From IMG/VR virus record IMGVR_UViG_3300032295_001748, positions 1 to 26,019 of that record: 26,019 bases of DNA; one strand, 5' to 3'. Both the position numbers and the translations under genes were made by a program. The notes beneath the pieces are model-generated. The model did no database searches and had not been told where the DNA came from. It saw only the letters and a list, made by a program, of their open reading frames with translations. Source of the stretch: a virus. Its lineage: Duplodnaviria > Caudoviricetes. Of this stretch, positions 17,235 through 25,673 are shown in pieces; position 1 is the stretch's first letter; every line of letters starts with the position of its first letter.

Positions 17235-18562
17235 TTCCATTCGATTGTGTTCAAAATAGTTTGTGCATCCATCTTCACTGGCAATTCAATTGAAAAGCCT
17301 CTTTCCGTGTCAATAGCTTTTTTGATTTTCTTGTTTCCTTCATTGATCATTCCAACGCCTTCCATAATCAATGACATTGTTGTTGCTGCGATTCTTCTGC
17401 CTGCTCTTGTTTCAAATGATGCTTCAACAGGTGCTGTTGCATCAGGTGATGGTTGTGCAGGTGCAGGTTCTACTTGTGGTTGTGGTTGTACTGTTGCATC
17501 AGGATTCAAAATTTCCATGACTTTTTCTGCCATTTCCATTGTGCCTTCTTCTGCTGCTTGTGTTGCCAATGTTTCTTCAATTCCCAATTCCTCTTTCAAG
17601 AATAGCAACGCGGCTTCCTTGATGACTGGTAGCAATTGTTCTTCGATTGCAACAACCTGTTCAGGGGTCAACATTCGTTTTTCTCCATATAATTTTTTCA
17701 ATACATCTTTGAAACTTTTGCTTTGCTGATTCTCAAAATGTTTCTTGATTAGTGCATCACGATTTGCGGGAATCGTGACAACCGAAAATTCAACCAATTC
17801 TGATTTTGTGTATGTTATTACCTTTTCGCCGTTGATGGTTTGTTCTGTTTGTTCTATTGGAATGATTCCAACGGAAACGGCAGACACAAAACCATTCTTG
17901 ATTTTGTCATTTACCTTGCATGCCTTTTCATCATTCATGTCCAATTGGATTGTGGCTTCCAAGTTTTCACCATTCAAGAAAAATCCTAGACATTTTCCAA
18001 TTGGCAAATAATCTGATTTGTGATTGATTAGAACAACAGGGTTGTTCATGTATGCTGAATAATCAATTCCACTTGGAACAATGATTGTGCCGTATCTATC
18101 AACATCAGGTGTGCTGATGGTGAAAGACCATATGCCATCATCCTTTTCTTCATATTCCTTTTCATCATTTTCATAATCGCGTTTCACCAAAGTGAATTCA
18201 CGATGGATAACATTTTGCATATTCATTCCTTTTGATTCTTGTTTTGCTTTTGCTGATTCAATTATTTTCTTTGACCATGTGAATCCTGCATCACCACCCC
18301 AAAGACCCCATGCAACACGCCCTTTGCTTGGATACCCTTTTTCATCAGGTTCAAATCCTTCTGCTTTCTTGTCAACTTCATGACGCGAAAAATAGGAAAA
18401 CATCCTTTGCACAATATCAAATGAAAGTTCATCACCATTGACAATTTGCCGTGCTCTGATTCTTCCAACTCGCGTTCCACCTTCGTGACCATCTTCAATC
18501 CATTTGATTGCACGGGCTGCTTCAATCTTCATGCCGTCTGTTGGTTTGTATGTTTCTGCCAT
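17231..18562 (-). CDS. prohead maturation protease (HK97-type) with extra N-terminal domain and acidic scaffold-like C-terminus
   Basis: STPDVDRYGTII, NPVVLINH, SAVSVG and ELVEFSVVTIPAN. Start ATG 18562 lies just after the portal stop. Confidence 0.88.
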   Translation of the reverse strand: MAETYKPTDGMKIEAARAIKWIEDGHEGGTRVGRIRARQIVNGDELSFDIVQRMFSYFSRHEVDKKAEGFEPDEKGYPSKGRVAWGLWGGDAGFTWSKKIIESAKAKQESKGMNMQNVIHREFTLVKRDYENDEKEYEEKDDGIWSFTISTPDVDRYGTIIVPSGIDYSAYMNNPVVLINHKSDYLPIGKCLGFFLNGENLEATIQLDMNDEKACKVNDKIKNGFVSAVSVGIIPIEQTEQTINGEKVITYTKSELVEFSVVTIPANRDALIKKHFENQQSKSFKDVLKKLYGEKRMLTPEQVVAIEEQLLPVIKEAALLFLKEELGIEETLATQAAEEGTMEMAEKVMEILNPDATVQPQPQVEPAPAQPSPDATAPVEASFETRAGRRIAATTMSLIMEGVGMINEGNKKIKKAIDTERGFSIELPVKMDAQTILNTIEWK

Positions 18563-18564
18563 GA

Positions 18565-20607
18565 CTATTTGTCCTGAACGGGAAACAAATAACAACGGCA
18601 TCTTACAACATTGGCTGCTTTCACTGTGGTGCCACCTTGTGATGAACCCGCTGGTCTGTCAATCAAGGAACCATCACCGAATTTGAACCAACCAAGTTCA
18701 TTTTCAATTTGTCCATCAATTGCCTTGTGTGCAGGTCTTACATTTCCATCACGCTGTGTGTTCCACATTGACTTGACTTTCATTGATTTGAAAACAGTCT
18801 TTTGTGTTCCTGTGGTCACTGATGTTGCCGTTGTTTGTGCAATCATTTGGACACGGCTTGTTGAAAGTGTTTTGAATTCCCTTTGCAATATTTCTTCCAA
18901 CACTTCCTTTGGTTGTGTTGCATTCTGTGAAATGGTTTCAATAACATCCTGCTTTATCAAATCCATTGAATCATTGATTGAAGAAACAATCTGTGAATTC
19001 AAATCCCTTGACATCTGTTGTAATTGTTGTCCAAGTTCGCCTGTCAAATCCTCTTTGCCCAATCCAAAATCTTTCAATACTTTTTGTGCCACTTGGTTTG
19101 TTGCATCATCAACAACCTTTGCAAGTTTTGCCGATTGTTCGGCATTCAATCCACTTGTTTCTTGAACACCTGTTCCTGATTCCAATGCATCAAATGTTTC
19201 TTTTTCAAATTCAGTGACAAAACCTTTGACAACCGTTCCCAATTTTCCTGATATGCTATTTGCTATTTCATCATATTGTCTCCATGATTCTGCTTTTGCA
19301 TCTGCTGTTTGCATAGGGAATGATCGTGGCACAATAGTATTTTTTGCCCCTATAAACGCCCGTGGTTGCACGGAAACTGATTCAGGTGGTGAAACTACCG
19401 TTGTAATAGGAACAACGCCATTGACAAGCATTGCAACATCACCACCTTGAATTGTGTCATACCCTCTTTCCCGTCTTGCATCATTGATTGTTTTGATGCC
19501 ATATTTCAATTCAAATTCTTCCTGCTTGATTTGGGAATCAACATCCGCAAATTCATATGGTTGTGCCTGAATCAATATATCATCTTCAAATCTTCTGAAA
19601 TGCCTTGTGAATTCCTCTGCCATGTAAATTGCAACAGGATCAATTGTCTGTTGTCTGAACACGGCATATTGAACTTCTGCTGTTGCCCTGTTTTGAAATT
19701 CACCTGTCAACATTCCTGTTGGAACACCAAACACCTGCGCAATTTGTGATCTCACATCTTTTGAAATTGAATCATAAGACATTCCAATCTGTGATTCAGG
19801 TGGCATTGTCAATTGCAATCCACCATCAAGCAATGCACGCAATCTGTAATTTGGCAGGGCTTCATTCCATTGTTCTTTCAATGTATTCCACAAATCACCA
19901 TCAACATTGTCTGCTGATGTTGCAATCAATGGTGGAACGGCATCATTTGCAAAGAATCTTGAAAGATAGTCACTCACCTCTTTATCAATGCTTGCATATG
20001 GCAATACGGCGGAAACTAGTCCTTTGCCAAATATATTCATGCCAATCATTTCATCAGGCTTTGATGATGCAGGAAACAAATTCGCAATGTGCATCACTTC
20101 ATCTTCTGGCAATGTGAATGCACCATCATTTGCTGATTGATACACATAGCCTTTGATGAAATTGTCACCACCTCTGATGACTCTCATTCTTGTTGGATTA
20201 AGAACCCACATTTGCAATGGAACATCATGCCCTAACTTTGGTGTCCACACAAATGCATTACCATTGATATCAAACCAATTTTGAATGCTCTTGAAAATTT
20301 GTGAATAAGTGAAATATGGATTAGGATTTTTCATTAGGCGATTTACCCAATGACTATTTGAGATTTCTTCCTTTTCCCAATTCAATTCACGGAAAGGTTT
20401 CATGTCAACAGACATCAATCCATTTGCACGCAATTGCAAACATGCAAAGACAGTGCCTGTTGCTGATGCAATCAATTCCTGTCCTGATGTGACTGATGTC
20501 ATTCCACGACCATCATTCAAATATCCAATTGGAGGTCTCTTGCGTTTTTCCTGAACACCGCCTGCAATGAATTTCACACGCTCTAATATGTTTGCATAAA
20601 GTGACAT
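18565..20607 (-). CDS. portal protein (HK97 family) fused to a MuF-like minor head domain
   Basis: Portal motifs PNPYFT, GNAFVW, IAQVFGVP and TINDAR. The C-terminal region has RVQMIAQT, WNTQRDGNVRPAH and NVVRCRC (MuF). Start ATG 20607 after AGGA. Confidence 0.9.
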   Translation of the reverse strand: MSLYANILERVKFIAGGVQEKRKRPPIGYLNDGRGMTSVTSGQELIASATGTVFACLQLRANGLMSVDMKPFRELNWEKEEISNSHWVNRLMKNPNPYFTYSQIFKSIQNWFDINGNAFVWTPKLGHDVPLQMWVLNPTRMRVIRGGDNFIKGYVYQSANDGAFTLPEDEVMHIANLFPASSKPDEMIGMNIFGKGLVSAVLPYASIDKEVSDYLSRFFANDAVPPLIATSADNVDGDLWNTLKEQWNEALPNYRLRALLDGGLQLTMPPESQIGMSYDSISKDVRSQIAQVFGVPTGMLTGEFQNRATAEVQYAVFRQQTIDPVAIYMAEEFTRHFRRFEDDILIQAQPYEFADVDSQIKQEEFELKYGIKTINDARRERGYDTIQGGDVAMLVNGVVPITTVVSPPESVSVQPRAFIGAKNTIVPRSFPMQTADAKAESWRQYDEIANSISGKLGTVVKGFVTEFEKETFDALESGTGVQETSGLNAEQSAKLAKVVDDATNQVAQKVLKDFGLGKEDLTGELGQQLQQMSRDLNSQIVSSINDSMDLIKQDVIETISQNATQPKEVLEEILQREFKTLSTSRVQMIAQTTATSVTTGTQKTVFKSMKVKSMWNTQRDGNVRPAHKAIDGQIENELGWFKFGDGSLIDRPAGSSQGGTTVKAANVVRCRCYLFPVQDK

Positions 20608-20616
20608 TCTCAAATC

Positions 20617-21771
20617 CTATACATGAATACTTGGTGTTTTTCTTATGGCATTAAACGCCATTGACAATGCATCAATCATGTCATCATGCCTATCTTGTTT
20701 TGTGCCTGTGAATGATAGCAATTCATCTGTGAATTCAGGAAGCAAATGTGGAACATGGTAAACAAGACCGCGTTCATATTTTGCTTCAATCGGTTGAAAT
20801 CTTATCATCTTGTCTTTTGTGCTTGGAATCCCAATCACATTCATTCTTGTGTTTCGTTTCAATTCTTGGACAAGCCATGCCTGTGCCTGATTTGATTCAA
20901 TGGCAACAACCTTTGGTTTCCATTTGTCTTCCATTGCAATGATCCTTTCACCAATTTCAACAAATGTCCAACGCCCTCGCATCATCTCACAAACAACCAC
21001 TTCATTCTTTGCAGTTATTCCAATCACACAAATTGCCGTGTAATCCGCTGTTTCTTTTTCACTGATTGCCAAGTCAACACCAATATAGAATGACTTGCAT
21101 TCCATTTGATTTGAAATGCGTATCCATTCACGCTTGATTTTCGCTGCATCCCTATCAACATATTCTGCCAAATATTCCTGTGCAAAAACAAGTGATGGCA
21201 TTGAATCTCTTTGTTGGTTCACTTCATCAGCATCAATCAATGGATTGTCATATGTCGTGAAATGAAATGATTGCCAATCATCAAATTTGTTTTGCATTGA
21301 ATCAAGTTCTGAAAAATGATTCTTTCCTTTTGGTGTTGAAAAGAAAAATGAATCACCCCTGTAATCAGTTAACATAGGACGCAAAACAAAATTCCAATCA
21401 TCCTCTGCATTATCACAATATGCCCATTCATCACCAATCATTCTATGGTATTTTGAACCTCGCAAGGCATCAGCACGCCAAATGCCTTTCAAATGTAGGA
21501 ATGATTCACCAAGTCTGATTTCACCTTCTTTGCATTCCGCACCAACGGCAGTGAACATATTCTTGGCTTCCTGATACCTGCCCTTCAATTCTTCATTCGA
21601 TGGTGCCGTGTATAGAACCTTTGTGCCTTGCATCCCAACCATTGTTTCCAATGCCAACGCAAAAGCAAGTGTTGATTTTCCCCAACGCCTGCCACATCTA
21701 ACAACATTGAATCTTTTGCGCTGTTCCATCACTTCCATTTGTGTCTTATGTAGAGTGACATCAATCTGCAT
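20617..21771 (-). CDS. terL: terminase large subunit
   Basis: Walker A GRRWGKS, LRG, Walker B IGDE, STPKG, QEY, nuclease IGVDLA, DYTA and HDDMIDA. Confidence 0.95.
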   Translation of the reverse strand: MQIDVTLHKTQMEVMEQRKRFNVVRCGRRWGKSTLAFALALETMVGMQGTKVLYTAPSNEELKGRYQEAKNMFTAVGAECKEGEIRLGESFLHLKGIWRADALRGSKYHRMIGDEWAYCDNAEDDWNFVLRPMLTDYRGDSFFFSTPKGKNHFSELDSMQNKFDDWQSFHFTTYDNPLIDADEVNQQRDSMPSLVFAQEYLAEYVDRDAAKIKREWIRISNQMECKSFYIGVDLAISEKETADYTAICVIGITAKNEVVVCEMMRGRWTFVEIGERIIAMEDKWKPKVVAIESNQAQAWLVQELKRNTRMNVIGIPSTKDKMIRFQPIEAKYERGLVYHVPHLLPEFTDELLSFTGTKQDRHDDMIDALSMAFNAIRKTPSIHV

Positions 21772-22123
21772 TCATCTGATTCCATTTGATTGTCAATGCA
21801 TCTTCCTTTTGCTTTGTTTCCTTTGGCACGCCTGATAGTCTTGCTGCTTCATCATCTGTTGCAATCAATTTCATCAAGGCAACTTGCAATGTTGCATTCT
21901 CGGATTGATACCACTTTTTACGCATGTTTGCTTTCATGCTGATTCTATTCTTTGCCAATCTTGCTTTTATGTCATTAAGTTCATTAGATTCAGGCGGGAA
22001 AAAAGAATAGAATGTTGGTGCTGAACATGGCAACAATCCAACAATATCATCAATGAAAATCAAGTGATGTTTCTCAATCAATTCCAATGATTCTTTCAAT
22101 ATGTTTTCTTTTTTATATGCCAT
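21761..22123 (-). CDS. terS: terminase small subunit candidate
   Basis: Overlaps the terL start; HTH-like IVGLLPCSAPTFY and NATLQVALMK helix. Start at 22123 or 22144. Confidence 0.7.
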   Translation of the reverse strand: MAYKKENILKESLELIEKHHLIFIDDIVGLLPCSAPTFYSFFPPESNELNDIKARLAKNRISMKANMRKKWYQSENATLQVALMKLIATDDEAARLSGVPKETKQKEDALTIKWNQMNAD

Positions 22124-22967
22124 TTTGTTTTTTGCTGCTTGCATTTCTTGGGTCTTTATTTTGCGCCCTGTTTTCTGCTCTTTTTGTGCTTACCTTTTGC
22201 AACCTTTCAACTTCCATTTTGAAAGGGTAACAATGTTTCATGTTTTCTAATGTGTAGTAGACTATTGATGCCCTGTATGGGTTTTCCTTTGTTTTGATAA
22301 TAGGCATCACGCCATGAATTTCATTCTGACCATCAAATATTGCCAAATACCCATCTTCCTGTGACAAGGCAAATTCATATTCAGGAAAAACCAATTCACC
22401 ACCTGCAATTCCGTTTCTAAGTATCAATACATTTGATAAATTGCCCCTGAAATTTCCTGTGTCCCTATGGTATTTGATTGCATGGTTGACATTAATGTTT
22501 GCTGTTGCAAAAGGCTGTTTTTCTTTCAACAAATAATCTGAATTGACATTTTGTTCAATTACCATTGAATCATGCTTGTATTGTTCAGGCAAATATTCCT
22601 TGTAAATGCTTGTCAATACTTCCATAAAAGCAAATAGTCTTTTTGTATTTTCTCTTTCGTTTCTTGTGTGTGCAGAAAACCTGCAATAATCATTCCTTAG
22701 TGGTATTCTTGGCAATGCTCCAAAAACACTTGATTGCGTTGGAAGTGCTTTTCTTGTCCTATATGTTTTTACAAATTTTGTTTCCAAGCATGCTTTCCTT
22801 ATTTCGTTAATAAGGTGGTGACGAACCTTAATATACAAACCTACTGCCTCGCCGCCTTTTGTGAATATTGTGTCCTCTTGGATAAGTAATTTGTAATCAC
22901 TTTTTGATGGCGTTTGTTTTATTAAATTAGACGCGTCTTTCACTTTATTCAATTCAAATGTTTTCAT
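22113..22967 (-). CDS. TET/JBP-family 2-oxoglutarate/Fe(II) dioxygenase
   Basis: FATANINVN, HRDTGN (HxD), GGELVFPEY, FDGQNEIHGVMPI (distal His) and RASIVYY (2OG-binding RxSxVxY). Confidence 0.85.
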   Translation of the reverse strand: MKTFELNKVKDASNLIKQTPSKSDYKLLIQEDTIFTKGGEAVGLYIKVRHHLINEIRKACLETKFVKTYRTRKALPTQSSVFGALPRIPLRNDYCRFSAHTRNERENTKRLFAFMEVLTSIYKEYLPEQYKHDSMVIEQNVNSDYLLKEKQPFATANINVNHAIKYHRDTGNFRGNLSNVLILRNGIAGGELVFPEYEFALSQEDGYLAIFDGQNEIHGVMPIIKTKENPYRASIVYYTLENMKHCYPFKMEVERLQKVSTKRAENRAQNKDPRNASSKKQNGI

Positions 22968-23538
22968 TTTCCATCAACTTTAATATGACAGAACTGTTAT
23001 CGTCTAAGACATAGTTTTCTCTTAACTTTGAAAACCACGCAGTTACTTTTTCAAATGTTTCGTTGTCATACACCAAAAACATCCGCTTCAATTCTGCTGA
23101 CATAAATTTATCTAATTTTGAAACGGCATCCAACCCGTTGTATTCTTCATTGTTTGACAAATTATCTTCCCAGCCAAAGACTTCCAATCCCCATTCTTGC
23201 AATTGAATTGCATCCCATTCATTTGCCAATTCTTCATGGTTCCATTCACCAAAGTTCACATTGTCTTTGATTAAGAATTGTGCCTTTTGTTCTTCTGTCC
23301 ATTCATCAGCAAGAATCACAGGCAATTCTTTGATGCCAAGTTCCTTTGCTGCTTTCAATCTCATGTTGCCACCTAAGACAACATATTTTCCATCTTTGTC
23401 TGTGAAAACAACCAATGGTCTTTTTTCAAGCATATCAGGAAATTCTTCAATGCTCTTTTTCAGTTTGTTGAATTTTTCATCACGAATCACACGCGGATTT
23501 TTCGGATTGTTTTTGAGTTTTGTCAATGCCACTTTCAT
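22954..23538 (-). CDS. ParB/Srx N-terminal domain protein
   Basis: NPKNPR, RPLVV, VLGGNMRLKA and IKDN. Start 23538 from the ATGA overlap; overlaps the dioxygenase start. Confidence 0.88.
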   Translation of the reverse strand: MKVALTKLKNNPKNPRVIRDEKFNKLKKSIEEFPDMLEKRPLVVFTDKDGKYVVLGGNMRLKAAKELGIKELPVILADEWTEEQKAQFLIKDNVNFGEWNHEELANEWDAIQLQEWGLEVFGWEDNLSNNEEYNGLDAVSKLDKFMSAELKRMFLVYDNETFEKVTAWFSKLRENYVLDDNSSVILKLMENENI

Positions 23539-24017
23539 CTTGATGCCCCCAATATGCCAATGCCCAAACCAATTGCAAATGCTGAAATAATCCAACCAAA
23601 TTCTGTTGTTTTGCTTTCCTGAATAACAGGAACTTCAATTGTCTTTGTCAATATGGAATCAGGTCTTGGTTTTACTACCATACTGAAAAATGATTTGTCA
23701 AAAGGAACATGTGAGAATGCAACCTGAATTGTATCACCTGTTGTTGTGATAACTGAATCAGCCTGTGCAATGAATGCTGAATCACATGGCAATTGCTCTT
23801 TCACATACATTGTATCTCGATAGGGTATCAATATTTGCTTTACACGGACTTCAGGCTTAACGAAAACGGGTCTTTCGATAGTTTGTATGCTTTTTACAGT
23901 ATCGTGTCTTAGAATCGATTTGTAGCCCTTTTCTTCACATCCTTTGCCAAATAGGAATCCTGCTATCAATGCCATTGCAATCATTGCCCAAATGATCCTG
24001 TTCATGTTGTCCATCAT
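23535..24017 (-). CDS. envelope protein, candidate unimolecular spanin
   Basis: N-terminal hydrophobic segment ending FLFGKG-C, a beta-rich middle and a C-terminal TM segment FGWIISAFAIGLGIGILG. Confidence 0.55.
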   Translation of the reverse strand: MMDNMNRIIWAMIAMALIAGFLFGKGCEEKGYKSILRHDTVKSIQTIERPVFVKPEVRVKQILIPYRDTMYVKEQLPCDSAFIAQADSVITTTGDTIQVAFSHVPFDKSFFSMVVKPRPDSILTKTIEVPVIQESKTTEFGWIISAFAIGLGIGILGASR

Positions 24018-24880
24018 TTCATCACCTTTCCATGTTCAATGATCATGTTCTGCATATGTCCATCTTCATGAATAATTGCAAAACCATGATTGCTTTGTGA
24101 ATGCATCATATATCCCCTTTTAAGCTTTGACAAAGTGCCAATTGAATCACACCTTATGAATTCACCATCTAATGTCTTTTTCCGTGCTGTGGAGGTTTTG
24201 TGCAAATGTCCAATAGCGCAATTAGACATGACTTTATTCAATAGAGCCTGTGCAGGTGTCAATCCACTTACTTTCAATTCGTGACCATGTGCAAGCCAAA
24301 TTGAATTCACCATCATCAATTGCATTGAATCAACAAATGCAATTCCCTTTTGCTTTAATTCCAAAAGTGAAACCCAGTCAACAATCCCTGCAAATTGTTC
24401 TGCCTTTTCCATGATGTATCTTTCCAAGCGGTCTTCATGATTCCCAACTTTGAAATACAACTTAGTATTTGGGAATTGCGCCTGCAAATTATCCATGAAA
24501 TTTCTTGCAAGTTTTAATTCCATCACAAATTCAATATCATCTTTTCTTTTTGCCCACCTTGATAATTTATGTGCATCAATCAAGTCACCATTCAAAATGA
24601 TATTATCAGGTTTTTCTTTTGCCAAGTACATGATGCATGCTGTGATTGCATCAATGTCATGGAACCCCAAATGTATATCACACAAAACGGCTGTTTTTCC
24701 TGTGATGATTACTTCATCAGGAATTTCATTTTTGCCATCTTCCATTTGCATCAACCAAGCGGGAACAATATCTGATTCATCAATCATTCCATGCCTGTGT
24801 TGCATCAACATTTCAATTTCCTGTTCGGACAATCGGAATCTATTTGCACCATCAGATGATTTGTTTTTATTGGTTTTCAT
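24014..24880 (-). CDS. calcineurin-like metallophosphoesterase
   Basis: Motifs CDIH, NGDLID, GNHEDR, HGH and GHLH. Confidence 0.88.
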   Translation of the reverse strand: MKTNKNKSSDGANRFRLSEQEIEMLMQHRHGMIDESDIVPAWLMQMEDGKNEIPDEVIITGKTAVLCDIHLGFHDIDAITACIMYLAKEKPDNIILNGDLIDAHKLSRWAKRKDDIEFVMELKLARNFMDNLQAQFPNTKLYFKVGNHEDRLERYIMEKAEQFAGIVDWVSLLELKQKGIAFVDSMQLMMVNSIWLAHGHELKVSGLTPAQALLNKVMSNCAIGHLHKTSTARKKTLDGEFIRCDSIGTLSKLKRGYMMHSQSNHGFAIIHEDGHMQNMIIEHGKVMK

Positions 24881-25049
24881 TTGCACTATTCATGCTGTGA
24901 AAAATGATTGATGCAGCTTCCTGTTCAGTACCATCAATTGCAGTTTCTGTGTTCCAAACATTTCCTGATTCATCTTTGAATTTCCAAAGCAAAACAGGCA
25001 CGCCATCTTCATTGATTGCTTCTGTTGTTTTGTGGTGTTCTAATGTCAT
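24867..25049 (-). CDS. small acidic protein, possible fibre assembly partner
   Basis: MTLEHHKT... of about 60 aa; GGAGG RBS; ATGA overlap with the fibre gene. Confidence 0.6.
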   Translation of the reverse strand: MTLEHHKTTEAINEDGVPVLLWKFKDESGNVWNTETAIDGTEQEAASIIFHSMNSANENQ

Positions 25050-25657
25050 GCAACCTCCCAAACGGTAAGTCTTGAGCCTGCATACAAAACCAACCCTGTC
25101 GACACGCTCGCGTTCTGTGCCCATTTAACTTGTAAGGTAGTGTTGGAACTTAACTTGTTTGAACCATTGATGACAAGCCTTATTGGTGCCCCAACATTTG
25201 CCGATATAGTGCCACTTGAATTTACTGTTGTGGCATCTGTTATCAGACCTGCTACAAAAGTTCCCATTGGTCCCCAATACCCCGTACTATTTACATCCAC
25301 TGCTATTTTCAAAACAGGTGAATTATTTGTATTGCTTCTACTCACAAGCAAAACCAATTCCCAATAGTAGGATTTTCCACCTGTCAAAGATTGAAACAAA
25401 TGGTCATCATCTTGCAATGTGGTGGAACTTGTCACTGTTTCATCAGCTGTTTTTGTTTTCACAAATGTTGGTGCGCCCAATGCACCTGCTGTTGTCCAAG
25501 ATATATTTCCTGAACCATCAGTTTGCAAAACTTGACCATTTGTGCCACCTGTGATTTTCAAATTTGTTGTGGTGGTGTTGATGGTGTTTGTATTATCAAC
25601 TGTTTTTGAACTGATAGTATCAGGCAATTGACCATTCTTTAATTTTGTTGTTGGCAT
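25046..25657 (-). CDS. fibre-like virion protein
   Basis: Thr/Ser/Gly-rich, with the GTNGQVLQTDGSGNISW shaft motif and a C-terminal beta domain ending LYAGSRLTVWEVA. Confidence 0.7.
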   Translation of the reverse strand: MPTTKLKNGQLPDTISSKTVDNTNTINTTTTNLKITGGTNGQVLQTDGSGNISWTTAGALGAPTFVKTKTADETVTSSTTLQDDDHLFQSLTGGKSYYWELVLLVSRSNTNNSPVLKIAVDVNSTGYWGPMGTFVAGLITDATTVNSSGTISANVGAPIRLVINGSNKLSSNTTLQVKWAQNASVSTGLVLYAGSRLTVWEVA

Positions 25658-25673
25658 CCCTATACTCTTTCAA

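Noticed and set aside
1469-25554. Numerous plus-strand ORFs of 60-184 aa
   Set aside because: They lie antisense to well-supported minus-strand genes and have no recognisable motifs; scarcity of TA-containing words lengthens shadow frames.
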